Under the pieces are notes generated by a model, which did not search any database, was not told where the DNA came from, and saw nothing but the letters and a program-made list of their open reading frames with translations. Shown piece after piece: positions 56,462 to 64,000 of a DNA stretch of 64,000 nt (position 1 is the first letter of the stretch; every line of letters starts with the position of its first letter). Source of the DNA: a bacterium. Its GTDB lineage: Bacteria > Patescibacteriota > Patescibacteriia > Patescibacteriales > UBA12465. The stretch lies in contig JAUYNJ010000004.1 in NCBI GenBank assembly GCA_030696105.1, forward strand, positions 141,872 to 205,871. The letters run 5' to 3'. The translations under genes and the position numbers were made by a program.

Positions 56462-57333
56462 TTATCACAGCGATTATCCTCAACTATAAAAACTATATTG
56501 ACGTTTTGTCATGCATACGGTCTCTTGAGGCACAAAAGTTACCCAACAACCACTCTCTTAATATTTTAATTATCGACAATGCCTCTGGGGATGATGGCAC
56601 CAAAAGGGTTCAAGCGGAATTCCCTCAGTATAAGTATATATACAATGAAAAAAATCTCGGTTTTTCCAAAGGTGTTAATCAAGGAATACGAACAAGTTAT
56701 GAAGAAAGCGATTATTTTCTGCTAGTTAACAATGATGCTGAATTGGAAGAAAACTGCTGTTCAGAGTTAATTAAAGAATCCCAAAATGAAGCTATTACAG
56801 GGCCAGCCATATACTACAAAGGTGAGCCGGACATAATTTGGCAAGGAGGAGGAAGCTTCTCACGTTTAAAAATGAACATTGTTGTTCCAGATAAGAACAA
56901 GACCCTATCGGACACAAGCACGGCCTCCGTGGATTTTATTTCGGGCTGTGTCATGCTATTGCCTAAATCAGCAATCAGGAAATTAGGAGGGTTCGACGAG
57001 GCTTTCTACTTTTACGGTGAAGATCTTGATCTTTGTCTAAGGGCCATAAAGAAAGATATTCCTGTAAAATATGTTAAGGTGGCGAAAGCATACCATAACA
57101 TAAAAAGAGCAGCGGAAAGCCGAACTAATAGTTTTGTACTAGATAACCTCGCTTTCAGCTTTATTCTTTTAACAAGAAAACATTTCCCCCTTCACCTGCC
57201 TTACGCCATTGTTCTATTTATATTCCTCTACAGTCCTTTTCGATTCTACCAAATAATTAAAGGTGGAAATTCAACGAAAAATATTTTTGCCTGGATTCAT
57301 GGTGGATGGCGCGCAATCACAACAAAACTATGA
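56458..57333 (+). CDS. GT2 glycosyltransferase (rhamnosyltransferase-like)
   Basis: 291 aa. ITAIILNYKNY...ILIIDNASGDDG...LLVNNDA...GEDLDLCLR. Confidence 0.85.
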   Translation: MIITAIILNYKNYIDVLSCIRSLEAQKLPNNHSLNILIIDNASGDDGTKRVQAEFPQYKYIYNEKNLGFSKGVNQGIRTSYEESDYFLLVNNDAELEENCCSELIKESQNEAITGPAIYYKGEPDIIWQGGGSFSRLKMNIVVPDKNKTLSDTSTASVDFISGCVMLLPKSAIRKLGGFDEAFYFYGEDLDLCLRAIKKDIPVKYVKVAKAYHNIKRAAESRTNSFVLDNLAFSFILLTRKHFPLHLPYAIVLFIFLYSPFRFYQIIKGGNSTKNIFAWIHGGWRAITTKL

Positions 57334-58517
57334 AAGACTCCATTCTGCTAGTACTAACTCGGCCTCCCTACCCGGCTGTCGACGGGACAAGGGAAAGGAT
57401 TCTAAACGAAATCGAAGATCTCTCGAAAGACTTTGAAGTTTCTATTCTTATTATAGGCAACGAGAACCTCTCTTCTGCGCAAGAATCAAAGCTTCACTCA
57501 CTTGGAGTTAAATCGGTAAAAAATTACCGTATAAGCAAAATTTTCAGCTACGCTAATGCGGCAATTTCCCTTTTTTCCAAGAAGCCCCTGCAAGCTGCCT
57601 ATTTTTGGAATAAGCATGCCTATCATCAGCTTAAAAGTCAGTGCAATCAATTCCGTTCTATTTGCTTCCACACCATTCGCTTTGGGGAATATATTTCTCT
57701 TCTAAAAAAAACAGATTGCCACAGCAAAATATTGGTTTTCTTTAATGATGCTATTTCCCTAAACTATGCAGACGCTTCAAAAAAAGCTACAGGAATATGG
57801 AGATATATATATAAAATTGAGTCAAGTCGTGTATGCAAATATGAAACAAAGATTCTGGCTTTAGTTGATAAGGCTTCAATTGTTTCCGAAAGGGACAGGG
57901 CTCACATCTTATCAAAATTTGAACAAACCAACACAAAAGACATTAAAGTTATAAGACATAGCATGGATGAACGTTTATTATCTTATAACTACTCCCCAAA
58001 AACAAATAATTTAGCATTTATAGGAAATTTGCTATACCCCCCGAATAGACAGGGTCTGGAAATATTTTGCTCAAAAATTCTACCTTTAATTACAAAGGCT
58101 AAACCCGAAACTAAACTGATTATAATCGGCAGACAATCGAAAGAACTCTTTTCTAAATACTCTTCATGCATCCCAATGGGATTTGTTGATGACCCCTACA
58201 CACTTCTAGCCGAGCAAGCTATATTTATTAGTCCGGCTGACTTTGGGGCGGGCGTGCCGACAAAGTCTCTTCTTGCGATGTCTATCGGTCTGCCCGTTGT
58301 ATCAACCGCCAATAATGCCGCAGGAATTGAGGGGGTCAAGGAGAATGAAAACATAATATTTATGGATTATGCGAAGCCCACGCAGTCAGCCAGTAAAATT
58401 CTAGAATTACTTGACGATGAAACAAGGAGAATAATGATAGGGTCAGCTGGAAAAAAAATTGTGTCCAAACTTTATCGAAGATCATTGAACTATCCTCTTC
58501 TAAAAGAATTGCTCTAA
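57330..58517 (+). CDS. GT4-like glycosyltransferase
   Basis: Start taken at MKDSILL (ATG 57330, ATGA overlap with the upstream stop). FIGNLLYPPNRQG and GAGVPTKSLLAMSIGLPVVST. Confidence 0.75.
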   Translation: MKDSILLVLTRPPYPAVDGTRERILNEIEDLSKDFEVSILIIGNENLSSAQESKLHSLGVKSVKNYRISKIFSYANAAISLFSKKPLQAAYFWNKHAYHQLKSQCNQFRSICFHTIRFGEYISLLKKTDCHSKILVFFNDAISLNYADASKKATGIWRYIYKIESSRVCKYETKILALVDKASIVSERDRAHILSKFEQTNTKDIKVIRHSMDERLLSYNYSPKTNNLAFIGNLLYPPNRQGLEIFCSKILPLITKAKPETKLIIIGRQSKELFSKYSSCIPMGFVDDPYTLLAEQAIFISPADFGAGVPTKSLLAMSIGLPVVSTANNAAGIEGVKENENIIFMDYAKPTQSASKILELLDDETRRIMIGSAGKKIVSKLYRRSLNYPLLKELL

Positions 58518-58546
58518 CAAAAAAAACAGGCAGTAGCCTGTTTTTT
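58518..58546. terminator. Bidirectional terminator between the GT4 gene and the convergent flippase gene
   Basis: aaaaaaaACAGGC-agta-GCCTGTttttt. Confidence 0.75.
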
Positions 58547-58562
58547 AATATACACAAATTAA

Positions 58563-59849
58563 TCACCTTCTTTTCCTCCCCATCATCATCACCGGCAGCA
58601 AGCTATAGGCAATAAGCGTTGCCCAGGCAGCGCCGGTGAGGCCGAAGCGGGTGATGAAGAAGTAGTTTAATATAACATTAATAACCATAGCGACTAGATA
58701 GGCGTTTGAAATCGCTTTCATCCTGTCTTCCGCCGTTAAACGCTGTTGTATTGCCCAGGCCATAAACAAGCCCACGCCTGACCAGACATATATCTGCAAT
58801 AAGCCAACCGAAGCAGCGTAATCTTGTCCAAACAGCAATAATACCACCGGACGAGCCAATACCGAGGTTGCTGTCGCAATTAATATAGAAATGACAAACA
58901 TCAGAGTGTAGAAGTTGATTAAGCGCTGCTTAAACAAAGTCTCACTCACTGTCCTTGAGTTAATTATAGCAGGAAATAAGGACGCACAGAGAATACCAGG
59001 CAGAAAATACCAGATTTCACCAAACTTTGCTGCCGCCGCATATAAACCAACCGCGCCCTCGCCGAGTAGTCTTCCAATCATCACCTGATCAATCTTAAAC
59101 AACACAAAAGCAGCAGCTGCTGAGAGCATTAAATACTTTGAACCGGCGAGAATCTGCTTCGCTAAAGACTTATTAAACTTCCAAGTGCTCAACTTCAAGC
59201 CCTGACGTTTGTAGTAATATAAAAAGAAGAGGGTTTGCCAGACACTATCTGCCGCAAAGATGATAATTATCCAAACTAAATCAGCTTCAACAAGAATGAA
59301 TACTATCTTTAAAACATTAGTTGCAATAGTTGCTGCTAATTGACTCAAAGAGTTATATTTCGCTCTTACTTCCGCTTGAAAATAATGATAGATGACGTTT
59401 ACAGACTGCGTAATGAAGCCAAAGGAGAAAATGATGATAAACAAGCGGTTTAGAGTTGAGGTCTCAAAGGCAAAAGCGGCAACTGTAACGAGCAGCAAGG
59501 CGACAACACCGCCGATGAGCTTCAAGACAAAGCTCGTGCCCATTAACTCATCTCTTTTCTCAGGATTCTTCACCAGTTCCCTCACTAATATGGCGTCAAC
59601 TCCCAAGGTTGCAATAAAGCCAAATAAACCGGCAAAGGCGACGGTATAATTGATGATGCCGTAGTTTGTCGGTCCGAGATAACGCGCAAGCCAGGCCCCA
59701 ATGAAAAAGGACAGTATAAGTGAAAATATCTGCCCAAAAAACATCCAGCCAGTGTTTGCAAAATAACGCCGGAAACCTTCATGGTTCCAGACCCAGCGAT
59801 AGCGGGCAGGAGTGATTTTTTCGAGTTGTAGGAAGAGTTTGTCGAGCAT
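58563..59849 (-). CDS. Wzx-type polysaccharide flippase (MOP superfamily)
   Basis: 428 aa, about 12 TM segments. Typical N-terminal FANTGWMFFGQIFSLILSFFIGAWLARYLGP..YG. Confidence 0.8.
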   Translation of the reverse strand: MLDKLFLQLEKITPARYRWVWNHEGFRRYFANTGWMFFGQIFSLILSFFIGAWLARYLGPTNYGIINYTVAFAGLFGFIATLGVDAILVRELVKNPEKRDELMGTSFVLKLIGGVVALLLVTVAAFAFETSTLNRLFIIIFSFGFITQSVNVIYHYFQAEVRAKYNSLSQLAATIATNVLKIVFILVEADLVWIIIIFAADSVWQTLFFLYYYKRQGLKLSTWKFNKSLAKQILAGSKYLMLSAAAAFVLFKIDQVMIGRLLGEGAVGLYAAAAKFGEIWYFLPGILCASLFPAIINSRTVSETLFKQRLINFYTLMFVISILIATATSVLARPVVLLLFGQDYAASVGLLQIYVWSGVGLFMAWAIQQRLTAEDRMKAISNAYLVAMVINVILNYFFITRFGLTGAAWATLIAYSLLPVMMMGRKRR

Positions 59850-60971
59850 TTAAATATATAAATTTTCCAAATAATTCTGTGCTCTTACAATATCGATATT
59901 TCCGAGATGTTTTTCTCTTTTTAATTCTTTAACAATTTGCTTCCCTTTTAAATTATATTTTTCGGAAAAGTAACTGAGATTCTTACTTAAGTCTCCGTTA
60001 GACAACTTGACCTCTTGAATTTCTATTAAAACATTATTCGCAGCAATTGCAAAATCGACCTCCTGTCCATTTTTTGTTCTTAAGTAGTGTAGCTGCTCAT
60101 TTATTCCTAAATTATCATTTCTCCCGGAGACTGATTTTAGTAAAGAATTGGCAATCAGATTTTCAAAACGTACGCCCTCATCACCTATCACTAAACCATT
60201 ATCATAGAAGTATATTTTTGGCTCTTTTAATATTGATCTAGCAATTTTTCTTGAAAATGGGGTAACCTTAAAAATAATAAACAGAGATTCTAATATATTA
60301 ATATATTTCTTAACCGTTACGGGTGAAACGCCAACATCTTCTGCAATAGAGGTGTAAGAAATAGGTGACGCCACTTTTCGTCTTAATAATTCAAAAACCA
60401 TTCTAATTGCTTTGTAGTCATTAATTTTTTCAAAATCAAACACGTCAGTCCGAATCAAACTATCTATATATTGAGAACGCCACCTCTCTGCCTCGGTATC
60501 ATTAGGTGCTAAAAAAGGCTCAGGAAAACCGCCCCTTAGTAATAGACGATTTAAATCAGGTTGCTCTTGTTCGTTTTTTAATTCGCCAAGCGATAGAGGC
60601 AACAAGTGATGTACAAAAAATCTGCCCGCCAGTGAGTCGCCTGTCTGTCTAAAAGTATCCAGACGCGCGCTACCGGTGACTAGTATTTTCAAACGGTCTG
60701 GTTTAGTATCGAAAACACCTTTCAAAAAGTTTTTCCACCCTTTCATCTTATGTAGCTCATCTAGAATGAGCAGATCGGTATCCTCTAGCCACTGTTCATT
60801 CTTGATGATAGCCTGATCTTCTAAGCGGTCATAATTTAAATAAACAGTTCTACTAAATTCCCGCCCAATAGTTTTAGCGAGCCAAGTCTTACCGACTTGT
60901 CTTGGCCCAACTAAAAAGACAATTTTTTTGTCTAAATCTTTGATTATTTGTGCTTTTTGCTGTCTATTCAT
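59850..60971 (-). CDS. AAA-type ATPase with DUF4143-like C-terminal domain (COG1373-like)
   Basis: 373 aa. Walker A GPRQVGKTW, Walker B LLILDELH, and a C-terminal YLRTKNGQEVDF restriction-endonuclease-like motif. Confidence 0.75.
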   Translation of the reverse strand: MNRQQKAQIIKDLDKKIVFLVGPRQVGKTWLAKTIGREFSRTVYLNYDRLEDQAIIKNEQWLEDTDLLILDELHKMKGWKNFLKGVFDTKPDRLKILVTGSARLDTFRQTGDSLAGRFFVHHLLPLSLGELKNEQEQPDLNRLLLRGGFPEPFLAPNDTEAERWRSQYIDSLIRTDVFDFEKINDYKAIRMVFELLRRKVASPISYTSIAEDVGVSPVTVKKYINILESLFIIFKVTPFSRKIARSILKEPKIYFYDNGLVIGDEGVRFENLIANSLLKSVSGRNDNLGINEQLHYLRTKNGQEVDFAIAANNVLIEIQEVKLSNGDLSKNLSYFSEKYNLKGKQIVKELKREKHLGNIDIVRAQNYLENLYI

Positions 60972-60979
60972 ATAAGACT

Positions 60980-61007
60980 ATTATATACTATAATTTCGAA
61001 TAGTCAA
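60980..61007 (-). promoter_or_regulatory. Near-consensus promoter of the ATPase gene (TTGACT-16 nt-TATAAT); the transcript is essentially leaderless
   Basis: -35 at 61007-61002 and -10 at 60985-60980 on the minus strand. Only 8 nt separate the -10 box from the ATG at 60971. Confidence 0.5.
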
Positions 61008-61015
61008 GACTATTC
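60998..61015. promoter_or_regulatory. Perfect palindrome GAATAGTC-aa-GACTATTC overlapping that -35 box; further half-sites nearby
   Basis: Read directly. Additional AAGACTATT at 60974-60982 and AATAGTCT at 61031-61038. Confidence 0.45.
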
Positions 61016-61154
61016 CAAATTACGCTTTATAATAGTCTAACTACTATTAACCATTATTTTGCTATATTTTATTTATTAATAGCGAAATATACCCTTAATT
61101 GTCATATTATACAACATATGTTGTCTAATCATACAATCATAACAACTATAACAG

Positions 61155-61179
61155 CAAAAACAGACCGTTTCCGGTCTGT
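61155..61179 (-). terminator. Terminator after typA
   Basis: ACAGACCG-tttc-CGGTCTGT. The minus strand is followed by ttttgctg. Confidence 0.7.
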
Positions 61180-61204
61180 TTTCTATATCTTCTTATATTT
61201 TATA

Positions 61205-63001
61205 TTACTTCTTCTCCACCCGCTTCGCGCGCTGACGGTCGATTTCGGTTAAATACTGTTTGCGGAGACGAACGCTTTTCGGAGTAATTTCGAGGTATTC
61301 ATCTTCATTCATAATACCAAGACCAACTTCGATGGTGATTGGTACTGGTGGGATGAGTTGAATTGCCTCATCAGAACCAGAGGCGCGGACGTTTGTAAGC
61401 TGCTTACCCTTAATTGGGTTAACGGAAAGGTCATTACCTTTAGCGACGTTACCAATGACCATACCTTCATAGACTTCAGTATTTGGTGAAATGTAGAGCA
61501 CACCGCGCTCCTGTAGGTTCCAGAGAGCGAAGGCTAGAGCCTTACCAGTCATCATGGAGACCATGGAGCCGAGCTCACTGCTTTCAATATCGCCAGCATA
61601 TGGTTGGAAACCTAAGACCTGGGCGCAAAGAATACCTTCTCCACGAGTATCAACAATGAATTCATTACGATAACCGAGTAAGCCACGAGTTGGCACAGAG
61701 AAAGTGATGCGGGACTGACCGTTATGAGTTCTAAAATCAGTCATTTGTCCACGACGCTTTGAAACTTTTTCAATCACGACACCGGATAAAGCTTCAGGCA
61801 CATCAATTGTCACTTCTTCATATGGCTCAACTTTGACGCCATCAACTTCTTTGATAATAACTTGAGGTTGAGAAACTTGTAATTCAAAACCTTCACGGCG
61901 TAAGTTCTCAAGTAAAATGGCGATATGTAATTCACCGCGACCAAAGACGCGGTAGTAGCTAGTTTCGGTGAAATCAATCTTTAAACCAACGTTCACTTCT
62001 AATTCTTTTTCTAAACGTTCTTTAATCTGACGGTTGGTGACATACTTCCCTTCTTTACCAGCAAAAGGTGAATTATTGACAAGGAAGTTTAAGGCAATTG
62101 TCGGTTCATCAATTTTAATCGCTGGCAATGGGGCCTGATCGGCTTTCTCGGCAATCGTTTCGCCAATAAAAATGTCAGGTAAACCAGCAACCATTACGAT
62201 GTCCCCGGCTTCAGCTTCAGTCACTTCGGTGCGGCCAATGCCTTTATAGGTAAATAACTTTGTGACTTTGCGGGACCGAGTGTTGCCTTCCATGTCTTCA
62301 ATGAAAACATTCTGCGCTGTCTTAATTTTACCTTCATAGACGCGGCAAATTGCGCAGCGTCCCAAGAAGTTGTCATAGGCAAGATTAAAAGGCTGTGCGA
62401 GCAGCGGTTTTGCGGTTGCTTCCGCTGAAGAGGCGGCTGGCACATGCGACATGATTGCATCTAAAAGTGGCATTAAATTATCGGACTCATCAGTTAATTC
62501 GCGTTTAGCGAATCCCTGCTTAGCGGCGGCAAATATTACTGGGAAGTTTAACTGTTCATCGCTTGCGCCAAGGTCTAAGAATAGTTCATACACCATTTCT
62601 ACTACTTCAGTGGAACGAGCAGCTGGCTTATCAATTTTATTAATAACGACAATTGGTTTAAGCCCAAGCTCTAATGACTTCTTTAAAACAAATTTTGTCT
62701 GTGGCATCGGCCCTTCCTGCGCATCGACAAGCAACAGCACGCAGTCAATCGAACGCAAAATACGCTCAACTTCGGATGAGAAGTCAGCGTGACCAGGAGT
62801 ATCAACGATATTTATCTTCGTGTCTTTATAAAAAACTGAAGTATTTTTTGAATAAATGGTAATGCCACGTTCTTTTTCAAGGGCATTACTGTCCATTGTG
62901 GCGTCGTCTGCCGACATGCCAGTTTGGTGCATCAAAGCATCGGTTAAAGTCGTTTTACCGTGGTCAACGTGAGCGATGATGGCAATGTTTCTGATTTCCA
63001 T
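61205..63001 (-). CDS. typA: Translational GTPase TypA/BipA
   Basis: 598 aa. AIIAHVDHGKTTLTD, DTPGHADF, NKIDK. EF-G-like domains and the BipA-specific C-terminus. Confidence 0.95.
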   Translation of the reverse strand: MEIRNIAIIAHVDHGKTTLTDALMHQTGMSADDATMDSNALEKERGITIYSKNTSVFYKDTKINIVDTPGHADFSSEVERILRSIDCVLLLVDAQEGPMPQTKFVLKKSLELGLKPIVVINKIDKPAARSTEVVEMVYELFLDLGASDEQLNFPVIFAAAKQGFAKRELTDESDNLMPLLDAIMSHVPAASSAEATAKPLLAQPFNLAYDNFLGRCAICRVYEGKIKTAQNVFIEDMEGNTRSRKVTKLFTYKGIGRTEVTEAEAGDIVMVAGLPDIFIGETIAEKADQAPLPAIKIDEPTIALNFLVNNSPFAGKEGKYVTNRQIKERLEKELEVNVGLKIDFTETSYYRVFGRGELHIAILLENLRREGFELQVSQPQVIIKEVDGVKVEPYEEVTIDVPEALSGVVIEKVSKRRGQMTDFRTHNGQSRITFSVPTRGLLGYRNEFIVDTRGEGILCAQVLGFQPYAGDIESSELGSMVSMMTGKALAFALWNLQERGVLYISPNTEVYEGMVIGNVAKGNDLSVNPIKGKQLTNVRASGSDEAIQLIPPVPITIEVGLGIMNEDEYLEITPKSVRLRKQYLTEIDRQRAKRVEKK

Positions 63002-63030
63002 AAATATTAGTTAAATTATGCTCTTTAAAG

Positions 63031-63057
63031 CAAAAATTACGCTTGAGGGCGTAATTT
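63031..63057 (-). terminator. Terminator after the 63106 gene
   Basis: AAATTACGC-ttgagg-GCGTAATTT. The minus strand continues tttttgc. Confidence 0.6.
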
Positions 63058-63105
63058 TGCCTACTTGATAGATAATAGTTGTTTTTTAATAAATAGTCAA
63101 GGGCG

Positions 63106-64000
63106 TTAGTTTCGTTTCAATGACAACTCATCCTTAAATTCACTGCGATCAACGATGATTGACATCGGGTCATTACCTCCCAAAGATAGCTCAGCAAAAT
63201 ACGGGTTAAGCAAAACGCTCTTGTCCCCAGTTTTGTTGAATTTCTCAGCCCCTTCTTTAATAGACTTTATTGAAGCCCGATAAGCCTCCGCTTTAGTTTT
63301 TAAAGCAGCGGCGTCTGCCAAAATTATACGCGCACCATCTTCAATGTTTGTCATTTCTGCCTGAACGCGCTCAGTTCTCTTTAAGTTATCATCGGTTTTT
63401 GTGCCGGCCTCAAGCCGATCAAGATGCTTCTTCGAAGCGAGCCAACGTGCGCGATAGGTATTTACTGACTCATTTTTCGCCTCGGCAATTTTTTCAGCAT
63501 CACTCGCCTTCTTTCCGGCGAGAGCCGTCATTTTCTTCAAAGCATCTTTGCTGCAAGCGTCAGTGAGCATACTTTCCACCTTCGGATCAGCAAATACTTG
63601 TGCCTTCTTGGCCTCAACTTTCGCTTCAAGCGCCTTAAGGTCAATGGAGTATAGCGTCTCCCCTTTGTCGTCGCAGTAGCCAAAGATAACTTCGGCGTTT
63701 TTTTCTTCGGATATTTTTATTGCTTCTTTAACATTATTATAGGTAACGTCCTGCAAGGCCTCGTCGGTAGTTATCAGAATATAGGGCGAATCGCCAAGGG
63801 CACCTAAGGCGGGGCGGTCTCGCCAGGCTTTCGGTTGTGTCTGTTTAAGCACCTCAATCGCTGAGCCAACCGCTAACTCTTTACGTCCGTCGCCAGAAAC
63901 TTTTTTATCAGCAATTTCGTCGGCGAAGCTAGAAAAATTATCAACTTTCTTCAAATCAATTAATCCTTCCCCCGCAAAGACGGCAAACTGAAATTCAGAA
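63106..64000 (-). CDS. Hypothetical protein, 5' end probably beyond the right edge
   Basis: The track starts it at a TTG (63954), but the frame stays open to position 64000 (SEFQFAVFAGEGLIDLKK...). Lys/Ala/Glu-rich and partly coiled. No recognised family. Confidence 0.5.
   Translation of the reverse strand, partial: SEFQFAVFAGEGLIDLKKVDNFSSFADEIADKKVSGDGRKELAVGSAIEVLKQTQPKAWRDRPALGALGDSPYILITTDEALQDVTYNNVKEAIKISEEKNAEVIFGYCDDKGETLYSIDLKALEAKVEAKKAQVFADPKVESMLTDACSKDALKKMTALAGKKASDAEKIAEAKNESVNTYRARWLASKKHLDRLEAGTKTDDNLKRTERVQAEMTNIEDGARIILADAAALKTKAEAYRASIKSIKEGAEKFNKTGDKSVLLNPYFAELSLGGNDPMSIIVDRSEFKDELSLKRN

Overview
This 64-kb window comes from a compact bacterial genome. Nearly every gene from 1 to 50.4 kb is on the minus strand in tightly packed operons. 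All calls rest on motif recognition by eye; I ran no searches. Gene content and style resemble an uncultivated Patescibacteria/CPR-like bacterium, but that is inference only.

Gene content, left to right:
- 1-8.5 kb: alaS (partial) and an abbreviated cell-wall operon (mraY-ftsW-murG-murC-ABC exporter-murB).
- 8.5-17.8 kb: a divergent GspE/PilB-like gene whose ATPase motifs are all degenerate, then a glycosylation block (GT2, DUF2304-like, three GT4, a UXS-like decarboxylase, an S8 protease fused to FG-GAP repeats).
- 17.8-28.8 kb: mreB copy 1, an orphan receiver, rfbB-HIT-cupin-pfkB, mreDCB (mreB copy 2), proS lacking the INS domain, ruvA, htpX, an SPFH protein and lemA.
- 28.8-29.5 kb: a 694-bp AT-rich gap with no credible ORF.
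- 29.5-35.1 kb: ileS broken by two 1-nt frameshifts, then an AT-rich four-gene islet (acidic coiled-coil protein, NUDIX gene with an in-frame TAG, Bro-N protein, HExxH protein).
- 35.1-50.4 kb: secA, nrdB-nrdA (the NrdB has class Ic signatures), hpf, rseP, frr, a BNR-repeat lipoprotein, holB and two large secreted proteins.
- 50.5-59.8 kb: an AT-rich plus-strand glycan cluster (initiating transferase, two methyltransferases, five to six GTs of which one is frameshifted, convergent Wzx).
- 59.8-64 kb: a DUF4143-type ATPase, typA and a partial hypothetical gene.

I found no rRNA, tRNA, CRISPR array, transposase or integrase, and no clearly new multi-gene system. The best leads are the dead secretion-ATPase homolog, the Bro-N/HExxH islet with a palindromic operator, the orphan AT-rich gap, and the class Ic-like RNR.
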